From positions 248,001 through 312,000 of the IMG/VR virus record IMGVR_UViG_3300044712_001255: a stretch of DNA of 64,000 bases. One strand, written 5' to 3'. Below the pieces are notes generated by a model. It was not told where the DNA came from, ran no database searches, and saw only the letters and a list, made by a program, of their open reading frames with translations. The stretch's first letter is position 1. Each line of letters opens with the position of its first letter. This document shows, piece by piece, positions 32,571-41,300 of this stretch. Made by a program: the position numbers and the translations under genes.

Positions 32571-32957
32571 ATGAACGAAGTGAAGCAGGTGATCGTAGTT
32601 CGTAAAGATCTCTCAATGAGGAAAGGAAAAATGTGTTCTCAAGTTGCTCACGCAGCTATGAAGTTCATCCTTGATAACAATGACGCTGATAAAGCGGATA
32701 AAATTCAGGTCGATTTGACGGCGGCCGAGGCAGAATGGGTGAGTGGTACATTCACAAAAATTGTTGTAGGTTGTGATTCTGAGGATGAGCTTGAACAGCT
32801 TATTCTAAAGGCTCAAGTGATGGGCGTCACAGTTCACAAGATCATTGACAATGGCAATACAGAATTTCATGGTGAGAAAACACTGACATGCGCGGCCTTC
32901 GGACCTGCGTATACAGATGAGCTCAATCCAATCACAGGACACCTAAAGTTGCTGTGA
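32571..32957 (+). CDS. pth2: peptidyl-tRNA hydrolase, Pth2 type
   Basis: KQVIVVRKDLSMRKGKMCSQVAHA, KIVV, IDNGNTEF, T..AFGP...ITGHLKLL. Confidence 0.9.
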   Translation: MNEVKQVIVVRKDLSMRKGKMCSQVAHAAMKFILDNNDADKADKIQVDLTAAEAEWVSGTFTKIVVGCDSEDELEQLILKAQVMGVTVHKIIDNGNTEFHGEKTLTCAAFGPAYTDELNPITGHLKLL

Positions 32958-32961
32958 ATTT

Positions 32962-33033
32962 GGCCCACGCACCAGCTGGTGACGGTACTTGGCTTACACC
33001 CAAGCATGCACAGTTCGATCCTGCGGTGGGCTA
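32962..33033 (+). tRNA. tRNA-Val(TAC)
   Basis: CTTGG-CTTACAC-CCAAG; G8. Confidence 0.8.
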
Positions 33034-33035
33034 CG

Positions 33036-33260
33036 ATGTCAGAAGATAAGACATATATCTTTTTTGGTAGTGGAAGCAATCGTTCGTTGGTGGCTCAAGA
33101 CCTCGAGGGTGCCCTCGTTCAATTGGTGAGCATAAAGGGTAGGCTTCCCAATACAATGGGCGCTGTTCCCAAGGGTGACTTTCGAAGAACTAAAGAAAAT
33201 GACTATGAATTCTTCCCAAATGGAGAATTTTCTGAAACACTGTTTGAAACAACATGGTAG
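33036..33260 (+). CDS. hypothetical protein
   Basis: MSEDKTYIFFG..., between tRNAs. Confidence 0.4.
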   Translation: MSEDKTYIFFGSGSNRSLVAQDLEGALVQLVSIKGRLPNTMGAVPKGDFRRTKENDYEFFPNGEFSETLFETTW

Positions 33261-33282
33261 AACGTACTAAAAGATAAATCAT

Positions 33283-33370
33283 AGAAGGTTGGCCGAGTGG
33301 TCTAAGGCGACGATTTTGAAAATCGTAGGTCCTCAAAAGGGACCCGGGAGTTCGAATCTCTCACCTTCTG
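33283..33370 (+). tRNA. tRNA-Ser(TGA)
   Basis: ACGAT-TTTGAAA-ATCGT, long variable arm, G73. Confidence 0.92.
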
Positions 33371-33381
33371 CTATGTACTTT

Positions 33382-33466
33382 GGAAGTGTGTCCGAGAGGC
33401 TTAAGGTAGCTGTTTGCTAAACAGCCGGCGGTAAAACGCCCGCAGGTTCGATTCCTGCCACTTCCG
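33382..33466 (+). tRNA. tRNA-Ser(GCT)
   Basis: GCTGT-TTGCTAA-ACAGC. Confidence 0.92.
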
Positions 33467-33469
33467 TGA

Positions 33470-33712
33470 ATGAAATTTACAATTAAAACACTTGTGAGTG
33501 AAAAGAACTTCACACTCGAGCACTTCGAAGGCTACATCATCTGTCTTCGCAAAGAAGTCGCAGGTGTGAAGGGATTCATGTTGCTTGGGTTTCTTCAAGA
33601 ACTCTGGATACCAATTTCATTATTGACATTGTCACAAATCAAAGTATTGTTGAAAGTGATGAGAGATCGTAAGAAAAGATATCCATTGGTGATTTCAAAA
33701 AAACGTAAGTAA
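33470..33712 (+). CDS. hypothetical protein
   Basis: 80-aa ORF between tRNA-Ser genes. Confidence 0.4.
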   Translation: MKFTIKTLVSEKNFTLEHFEGYIICLRKEVAGVKGFMLLGFLQELWIPISLLTLSQIKVLLKVMRDRKKRYPLVISKKRK

Positions 33713-33713
33713 T

Positions 33714-33800
33714 GGAAATGTGGCCGAGAGGTTTAAGGCACCAATTTCGAAAATTGGCAGGGGCTACCGCCCCTCATAGGTTCGAATCCTATTGCTTCTG
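33714..33800 (+). tRNA. tRNA-Ser(CGA)
   Basis: CCAAT-TTCGAAA-ATTGG. Confidence 0.88.
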
Positions 33801-33954
33801 CTGGAGTAAAGTATGTTACGCAAAATTCTACGTTGGCTTGATGAATATGCATTTTTACGATATGGACATCAATTCACTACGGTTAAGTACGAAGAACCAA
33901 TTTCAACTTGTTTGATTCCTAAAGAAATCATCTTAACTGACGAGGACATTACGT

Positions 33955-34176
33955 ATGGAAAACAGCTCGCAGAACAACTCGCAAAAAGAAGCGCTAACGC
34001 AGGATATCGATAATGATATCGCGTGGCTAAAGAAAAAGAGCCACCAGAAACTCAAGACAGAACAGGAGACAAGAGAGGCTCGTCGTATCTTCAAACGCCT
34101 GACGTCTAAGAAGCAACGTAAATATGGTAAGAAGATTATAGAAAATGTTGATGAGGACGATGAAGCGATCGATTGA
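33955..34176 (+). CDS. small charged hypothetical protein
   Basis: 73-aa ORF. Confidence 0.4.
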   Translation: MENSSQNNSQKEALTQDIDNDIAWLKKKSHQKLKTEQETREARRIFKRLTSKKQRKYGKKIIENVDEDDEAID

Positions 34177-34189
34177 TACTTAAAACATC

Positions 34190-34591
34190 ATGGGCGTACC
34201 GACGAGAGACACATTGGTCGAAAATGTAGCGCGGGGATGCTACGAATTGCAACTGATTCAATATGAACTCAAGGGAATTTTTCTGCCGCATTGGGACAAC
34301 AATGATCCCAACCTTGACGCAAGCGCAAGAGCGCTTTTAGAAGCATCAAAGACAGATATGTTGGGATTCACATATGCATCTCTCGCAGGATGGGATCCAA
34401 TACGCCAACACGAATCGTGGTTATTTGATCAGGCAGTTCTTGGATGGACATACGGTGATTCATATGATCCCGTAAATAAAAAAGATCCACGCATGGTTCA
34501 TTGGGATGAGTACCCACAAGAGAAACAAATGGAAATTATGCAAGCGTTCAAGGTGATTCGTACGCTTTGTGCGCTTATTGGACTAATTTAG
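34190..34591 (+). CDS. RyR-domain protein
   Basis: QHESW..GWTYG..YD..KKDPRMVHWDEYP. Confidence 0.65.
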   Translation: MGVPTRDTLVENVARGCYELQLIQYELKGIFLPHWDNNDPNLDASARALLEASKTDMLGFTYASLAGWDPIRQHESWLFDQAVLGWTYGDSYDPVNKKDPRMVHWDEYPQEKQMEIMQAFKVIRTLCALIGLI

Positions 34592-34676
34592 TAGGGTGGC
34601 CGAGAGGCTTAAGGCACCGCGCTGGAAACGCGGAGGTCCCGTAAGGGACCCGCACGTTCGAATCGTGTCTCTACTG
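34590..34676 (+). tRNA. tRNA-Ser(GGA)
   Basis: CCGCG-CTGGAAA-CGCGG. Confidence 0.92.
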
Positions 34677-34694
34677 CGGTGGAATAGTTAAGAC

Positions 34695-34928
34695 ATGCGT
34701 ATCAAGGTTGGTGAACTTCGTAAGTTAGTGCGTGAATCGTTGGAAGGGCCAACAGCCTGGAGTGATTTGCCACGAATTGAGCAGATCAAGTCAGAATATT
34801 CGGACATCTACAAGGAAAAATTTGGCATTCGTCCAAGATGGAAGCTAGCAGAGCTTGAACAGATGTCGTTAGAAGACGCAGAGGCTGTTCTTCAGGAACT
34901 TCTTGACACGCCGGGTGATGAATTTTGA
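34695..34928 (+). CDS. small protein with IKVGELRKLVRE motif
   Basis: N-terminal motif shared with other late genes; ATAGTTA upstream. Confidence 0.55.
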   Translation: MRIKVGELRKLVRESLEGPTAWSDLPRIEQIKSEYSDIYKEKFGIRPRWKLAELEQMSLEDAEAVLQELLDTPGDEF

Positions 34929-34957
34929 GTGTAAGTGTTTGAAACACCAGATATAAT
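34929..34957 (+). promoter_or_regulatory. putative promoter GTGTAA-17-TATAAT for Gly/Leu tRNAs
   Basis: Perfect -10, recurrent -35. Confidence 0.7.
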
Positions 34958-34965
34958 GGTGTTAT

Positions 34966-35038
34966 GCGGTAGTAGTTCAGTTGGTAGAACGTCTGCTTGC
35001 CATGCAGAAGGTCGCGGGATCGTACCCCGCTTACCGCT
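34966..35038 (+). tRNA. tRNA-Gly(GCC)
   Basis: TCTGC-TTGCCAT-GCAGA, U73. Confidence 0.88.
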
Positions 35039-35039
35039 C

Positions 35040-35110
35040 GCGGAATTGGTATATTGGTCGTGCCTTGGGTTTCCAACCCAAAGAAACCGTTTCGATTACG
35101 GTATTCCGCT
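35040..35110 (+). tRNA. tRNA-Gly(TCC)
   Basis: TTGGG-TTTCCAA-CCCAA, U73. Confidence 0.88.
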
Positions 35111-35139
35111 CATAAGAATGCAGATTGTTTGAAAATTAC

Positions 35140-35222
35140 GCTATCGTGGTGGAACTGGCAGACACGCTAGTCTCAAAAACTGGTGCCCAAAAGGCGTGTG
35201 GGTTCGACTCCCACCGATAGCA
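35140..35222 (+). tRNA. tRNA-Leu(CAA)
   Basis: CTAGT-CTCAAAA-ACTGG. Confidence 0.92.
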
Positions 35223-35223
35223 C

Positions 35224-35307
35224 GGCCCCTTGTTGGAATTGGTAGACAACGTCGATTTAAAATCGATTGCGATAAAAAGCGTCTCGGTTCGAGTCCGGGA
35301 GGGGCTA
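35224..35307 (+). tRNA. tRNA-Leu(TAA)
   Basis: GTCGA-TTTAAAA-TCGAT. Confidence 0.92.
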
Positions 35308-35311
35308 CAAA

Positions 35312-35632
35312 ATGTCGAATCGCAAGAAGGAAATAAGAGAAGTATTTCGACAATGCGTTTTTTCTCGAGACAAATTTAGATGTGTGATGTGTGGAATTGC
35401 AGGAACGCAAGATACGCTTGATGCACATCATATTACTGATCGTAAATTGATGCCCAATGGTGGGTATGTTGTTTCAAATGGAATTAGTCTTTGCGCTGAT
35501 TGTCACATAAAGGCTGAAGAATTTCATATATCTGGAGGCGATCATGTTGACATCGGGTGGGCGCCCGTTGACCTTTATAAGAGAATCAACTCTTCATTTC
35601 AAAGAGCATTCATTGATAGCGAAAAATTATGA
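35312..35632 (+). CDS. HNH endonuclease
   Basis: CVMC..LDAHHI..NGISLCADCH. Confidence 0.7.
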   Translation: MSNRKKEIREVFRQCVFSRDKFRCVMCGIAGTQDTLDAHHITDRKLMPNGGYVVSNGISLCADCHIKAEEFHISGGDHVDIGWAPVDLYKRINSSFQRAFIDSEKL

Positions 35633-35934
35633 GCGATGGTAGCAAATTACACATTCAATCTCTTCTAGAAGGAATTCCCGTCAAATTTCGTCCTCACGGC
35701 AATAGCATGGTGCCAATCATTTACAGCGGTCAACTTGTGACGATCTCCCCCTTGACGCGAGAACCAGAAGTTGGTGACGCAGTGCTATGCAAGGTTCGAG
35801 GGCGACAAATGTTGCATAAGGTAATTGCAATTGGCAGTGACGGACGTTTCCAAATTGGGAACAATCATGGTCTCATCAACGGGTGGTGCACCAGACAAAA
35901 TATTTTTGGCGTCCTTACCTGTGTCGAACCATGA
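35629..35934 (+). CDS. S24/S26 peptidase-like protein
   Basis: GNSMVPII..G...VLCK....LHKV. Confidence 0.6.
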   Translation: MSDGSKLHIQSLLEGIPVKFRPHGNSMVPIIYSGQLVTISPLTREPEVGDAVLCKVRGRQMLHKVIAIGSDGRFQIGNNHGLINGWCTRQNIFGVLTCVEP

Positions 35935-35964
35935 AAATTCTTCCTGTCGACATAATTGAAAGAT

Positions 35965-36126
35965 ATGGCCAATTTCAAGAGAGGTCGCGCAAAGAACAGA
36001 AGACACGGATGCCTGCTTTGCAAGCCGTGGAAGATGAACGGCGGCAAGAAGAAGTTGTGCAAACACAAGTATCGTTGCGAATCGATCTCTATGCGTGAGC
36101 AGATCAACGAACTAGATGAACGTTGA
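35965..36126 (+). CDS. small basic Cys-containing protein (53 aa)
   Basis: Manual translation MANFKRGRAKNRRHGCLLCKPWKMNGGKKK... Confidence 0.45.
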   Translation: MANFKRGRAKNRRHGCLLCKPWKMNGGKKKLCKHKYRCESISMREQINELDER

Positions 36127-36625
36127 CAATACACCCCCACTCAAGTGCTTCTTTTGCCAATAACTTTGCGCCATTGATGTGAAAGTTATTGTCATCATAG
36201 AATTCCACTTGACGTAGGCCACGTTGCTTGATCAATTGCGCAATATATCGCGCCTTTCCAGGTGGAATGTCTGCTTTCTCGCCGAGTGCCATGACTTCGC
36301 ATCCCGGCATATTGTGCATATCAAGGAACTCCTTGGGTCCATTGGGAGATCCTCGGGCAGTCATCACCATCACGCCTTCAGGACCCAATCGCTTGTATGC
36401 GTCCTTTGCTATGTCGAGAATCTCATCATTCTCGTGAAATTCGGGCGCAAGCGACTGGAATTGACTCATATCGTATGAGTACTGTGTTTCGTCCATGCGA
36501 TGTTCTCGCCATTGTCGAGAATCTAGCCATTGGACCTCACCAGTGTCGAGGTCAGTTACCTTGATGCGTGCATCAGAGACACACAACGTATCATCAAAGT
36601 CGAAAATGTAAAGCTTGTTTGGCAT
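36104..36625 (-). CDS. HAD-superfamily phosphatase (RNA-repair type)
   Basis: IFDFDDTL, VMTAR, K, FYDD. Confidence 0.72.
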   Translation of the reverse strand: MPNKLYIFDFDDTLCVSDARIKVTDLDTGEVQWLDSRQWREHRMDETQYSYDMSQFQSLAPEFHENDEILDIAKDAYKRLGPEGVMVMTARGSPNGPKEFLDMHNMPGCEVMALGEKADIPPGKARYIAQLIKQRGLRQVEFYDDNNFHINGAKLLAKEALEWGCIVNVHLVR

Positions 36626-36702
36626 CTAGCTTACCTAGCAAATCCTATCCCTCTTATACGCGGTGTACTCGAGCGTCATTGTGTGGTAATGTACCTATAA
36701 AT

Positions 36703-37938
36703 ATGGCACACAATATTCCCATAGTGATCGAATACTTGAAGACCCACTCTCTCCAGGAGCTGGAGGATGAGCATGGCGTCAAAGCTCGTCCTGACGCGGC
36801 GAACACCAAGTTTAGCCTAAATTACGATCAATTGGCTATCAAGGGCGGTGACAAGCTTGCTGAGCAGTGCCGCGGTATGGTTGTTCGTCCAATCAATGTT
36901 GCAACTTCTGGCGCATCATTTGATTGGGAAAAGCTACGTTCTGCACCCGTTGGCGAGTGCGTTGTCCTGTGTCGGCCAATGGATCGATTCTACAATGACG
37001 GTGATTTCTACGCCGCAAAGATAGACTATGATTCTGCCGTCGTGTATGAGAAGCTCGACGGTACTATGATGGCTGCATATTGGGACCCGCTCAAGGCTGC
37101 ATGGCACACCGCAACTCGATCAATTCCTGAGGCTGACCTGCCAATTCGGTTGGGAGACTTGGTGTTGGAAGATACCACGTTCCGTGGTCTGTTCGATCAG
37201 GCATTGGAATACATGATTAATGGTGAACGTGATCCAATGTTTCCAAATGCAATGACGTGGTGGAATCGACTCAACAAGCAATACACCTATGTCTTTGAAC
37301 TGACGAGCCCATTGAATCGTGTAGTTGTGCAGTATGACGAACCACGTATTACTGCGATCGCTTGTCGAGATAACGTATCTGGTCGTGAATGTCTCACTGG
37401 TATGTATCAACTCTGGCCTCGCCCTCGCACGTGGAAGCTCAATGACACTCATGCTATTAAGGCATTGGCGGATTCATTCTCTCCCGCTGAGTTGGAGGGG
37501 TTTGTAGTGTGTGATGTTCATTTCAAACGCGTCAAGATCAAGAATGCTGCATACGTCTTGGCACACCACGCCAAGGATGGCATCGTGTCTTCAAAGCGCA
37601 ATGCGCTTGTCGCAGCATTCAAGGGAATCCTTGATGACGTCATGCCCATGGTCGATCCTGCAACGCGAAAGGCAATGGAGGAACTGCAATTTGCTGTTGG
37701 CAAGTTCATCAAGGAGAGCGAAGCAAAGTACGCAGATTGGGCATCGCAGTGCGAACCCGGTGACAACAAGACGTTTGCGTCCTTTGTGAGCGCAAATCAA
37801 CCCGTGTTGTCGTCAGCGTACTATGCCGTGTTCCGCGGCAAGAGCAAGACCATCGGAGAATACATGACTCAACACATTGGCGAAGGAATGATTGGCGACA
37901 AGGCACTCGACAATATTCTTACCTACTTGAAGGTGTGA
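36703..37938 (+). CDS. T4 Rnl1-like RNA ligase
   Basis: EKLDGT (motif I), HTATR, YVFELTSP, EGFVV, VKIKN; start re-assigned to MAHNIP. Confidence 0.8.
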   Translation: MAHNIPIVIEYLKTHSLQELEDEHGVKARPDAANTKFSLNYDQLAIKGGDKLAEQCRGMVVRPINVATSGASFDWEKLRSAPVGECVVLCRPMDRFYNDGDFYAAKIDYDSAVVYEKLDGTMMAAYWDPLKAAWHTATRSIPEADLPIRLGDLVLEDTTFRGLFDQALEYMINGERDPMFPNAMTWWNRLNKQYTYVFELTSPLNRVVVQYDEPRITAIACRDNVSGRECLTGMYQLWPRPRTWKLNDTHAIKALADSFSPAELEGFVVCDVHFKRVKIKNAAYVLAHHAKDGIVSSKRNALVAAFKGILDDVMPMVDPATRKAMEELQFAVGKFIKESEAKYADWASQCEPGDNKTFASFVSANQPVLSSAYYAVFRGKSKTIGEYMTQHIGEGMIGDKALDNILTYLKV

Positions 37939-37976
37939 TCCACATCTGCACAAGAAGAATAAACGGATGCCATGAG

Positions 37977-38006
37977 ATGGGCTCGATGATATTGCGTCGA
38001 GCCCAT
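37977..38006. terminator. hairpin between convergent genes
   Basis: ATGGGCTCGA/TCGAGCCCAT 10-bp stem. Confidence 0.6.
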
Positions 38007-38012
38007 TTGCCG

Positions 38013-38366
38013 TTATATGTTCTGCAGGATCTTGGCTAGTGTAGCAGCGCGTGTCAGCTGACTTCGTTTTGTTTCTGGGTAATCAACCCAATGCATCAAA
38101 CGTGGATCGGTTTTTGCGACATCATCGTACTGTTCACCGAACGTCCACCCAGCCAGAAGCTGGTCGACCACCCAAGATTCTTGATGTGCTTCTGGGGTTT
38201 TACCTTCAAACATCGCAATCACAAAAGCAATAAGCTCCTGTTGCGCAAGCGTTGGGTAATCCTCCCAGTGAGGCATTGTCCCGCTTGATTCTATACGATC
38301 AAGTTCACATATTGCTTGCGCAACTAACGAGGCTTTTGCTATCATTGCACTTGGTAATGTTGTCAT
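38013..38366 (-). CDS. RyR-domain protein
   Basis: HQESW..GWTFG..YD..KTDPRLMHWVDYP. Confidence 0.65.
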   Translation of the reverse strand: MTTLPSAMIAKASLVAQAICELDRIESSGTMPHWEDYPTLAQQELIAFVIAMFEGKTPEAHQESWVVDQLLAGWTFGEQYDDVAKTDPRLMHWVDYPETKRSQLTRAATLAKILQNI

Positions 38367-38374
38367 GTTTCACC

Positions 38375-41300
38375 TTAGAAGTTGATTGGACGCCAGACTC
38401 CATTCAGATAAATGAAGTTTCCTTGACGTGCGTTCATGCGAATTTGACCATTTCTTGGGCTCGCGGGCGCCGAGAAGTCGGCGAATGCTGCGGCAGATGG
38501 TGTGAATGCTTGTCCCTTATATCGAGCCCAACCAGAAACACGTACTTCGTCCATGTATCCTAACATTGGTTGACTAATGATGCCACCAATTCTTATACGA
38601 TCTCCGCCGTACATGTATGGAACATATGCTGTAGCTGTTTGGAACGTTCCATCAATGGCCATTCTTACTATGCCATCGTATCGTTCAACACATATATGAT
38701 GCCATGCGTTCAATCCAATCGTTGTAATTGTTGAATTTGATGAGAATGATCCAGCCCACGTACCAGGTGTGATAGACCACGCAAATGACGGTTTGCTATT
38801 ACTTGTTTCAACATAAATGATTGGACCAATTTGATCACCACCAGCTGCGTTGGTGGCAGCGAACCACATGTTATAACCCGTGCCAGACGTAGGATACGCC
38901 CAAAACTCTATTGTGAAATCACCAAATTCTGGGAAGAATGTTGTGTTGGTCACTGTCAAATAGTTTGCAGCATTATCACCAGTATTCAATGACGTTGAAC
39001 CAAATTTCTTTTGTGTTGAACTGCGTGTGGGTGAGCCGGCGGCAGTTACTGTTTGATTACCAATACCTGAATCTGTCCAAGCCGCACCTTCAAAGTGAAG
39101 GTGCAAGTAGTTTAAACATGTGTCAAGCGTAAGAGGAGTCGTATCACTAATTGGATCAACGTAACTGAATGGTACGCCATCGTCAGACGCCGCTGGCGCT
39201 GGTACGCCTTTCAATCGTTTTGAATATAGATTCAATCCATCATTTTCAAATTGATAAGCAGTAACGCCGTTCAAATATACGGATGCGACTGTACCCGCCC
39301 TTATGGATGTCCTAAATAACGTCCATGAGCCAAGCGCTACGCCGCCGCCAGCTTCAACAACGTCTGTCGATAGAATATCAGTGAGACCGCCATACCCTGA
39401 GCGCGTCGTTATCACTGATTCGCCGTCAGACACTCTGATGAGACCAGATGTTGATCCTGAATACGCTGCTCGAGCAGAATACAATGCGTCTCTTGCAACC
39501 CAAGAACCACTGACATTTTGAATCAATTGATTATTGATTCCAGACGGTAACGTCCCAGAAAATATCTGTAGAAGCGTTTTGCCAGTAGGTATTGTTTCGT
39601 CTGTAAACAATAATGATTGATTTACTCGAGTTAATTTGATGCTTGACGTACCAAATTGAACATCGTTAGACGTTATTGTAATAGAACCAGTACCAACTGT
39701 AAGTGATCCTGAAATTCTTACATCACCCGCAAATAGCGCAATTTTGCGATTTGATCCTGATGACACTCCGACAGACCCAGAGACATAAAAGAATACGTCA
39801 CTCCCGGCTAATGATCCAGAATCAAGAAATTGTGTAGGAGAACCAAACGCGACAGAACCTGTTGATAACAACGAACCGCTAAAGTCCATCCATCCGGCAA
39901 ATGATCTTCGTCGTGTAAAATCCGCAAATTGCTCAGTTGGAACTGAGAATGCAACAGGGTATCTGTCTATGCCAACCGTTATTCTAACATCGTCAATATA
40001 TCCATTAAGCGTTCTTGCGCCGCCTGGGAAGTACGGGTAATGTCCAATCCAACACTTGGTGCTTGTGTACATGCTAGTCGCGTATGCGTATGTGCCGGCA
40101 TACACTCCATCGTACCAAAGTCGTATTTGACCACCACTTCTGCTTGCAGCGACATGATGCCAAGCACCTGCGGTTGGCGTAATCACCCCGCCTGGGCCAC
40201 CAGCCCACCCCACCCCAGCAGCAGATACAAGAAACTGTAACGTATTATTCGACTCAAGATAGAGTATTGGTCCCTGCCCATCGGCCGACGTTGCGAACAT
40301 GATAATCGGTTGATAGCCGACACTGACACTTGTGAACCAAACCCAACATTCAATCGTCCAATCACCTGAACCGAGCGTGATAACGCCACCAGAGTTATCA
40401 GCATATAACGTGTTTGTGTTAACTCCATTAAGACCTAATGATGTAGTGCCCCATTTCACCTGAGTGTTTGATAACTGAATTGTTCCCGCCGACGTCATTG
40501 TCATCGGATTACGAGAAGAATCTATCATTGTTGTGCTGCCATTTGACCCATTGAAATGTAGCAACAATTTAGTGTAATCAAAATATGAATCGCCCAAAAA
40601 TAACCCAGAATCACCGCCAGATGCCGTAGATGAAATAGTGACTTGCCCGTTTGATTGAGTCACTATCGCTATATTGCTGCCTGCTGTAAGATACGTTTGT
40701 CCGTTTGTAAGTTTTTGTAATGATCCTCTTAACCCACCAACAAAGTCTACATTACCAGTGAATGTAGCGCCTGATATTGTCGCAACAATGTCATCGTCAA
40801 TAGCAAGCGTGAAAAATCCCGCGCCCCCACCGAGTGGATCTACGACTTGATCATTGAGTTCTAATGCAATAAATGAAACATTATCAACAGTAGACGCATA
40901 GACGTTATCACCATTTTTTGCATATAACTCATACGTATGAGTTCCTGCTGTAGGTGAATCTACAAATGTTATGAATGATGAATTATACGTATATGATGTT
41001 GAAGGAGAATTAGTAACGCCAGGATTCGTAACGCTTATTCCATGTACGGCATTGCTAAGTGGTTGGCCATCTCGATAAATGTTGAATACAGCTGACGCTG
41101 AGTAAAATGGCGTTGGCGTAGTCAGATAGAACGTATTAGCGCATGTTCCCATCAACAGAATTTTCTTACCAAGAGTTGATAGTGTGATGGAATTTGCAAT
41201 AGGTTGATATGACGATGATAACGTCATCGAATTTGATAGGAACGCTGAACCGTAGTTAACGTCAGGCGTTAGTTCGATCGCAATGACTTGTGAAAGTCGT

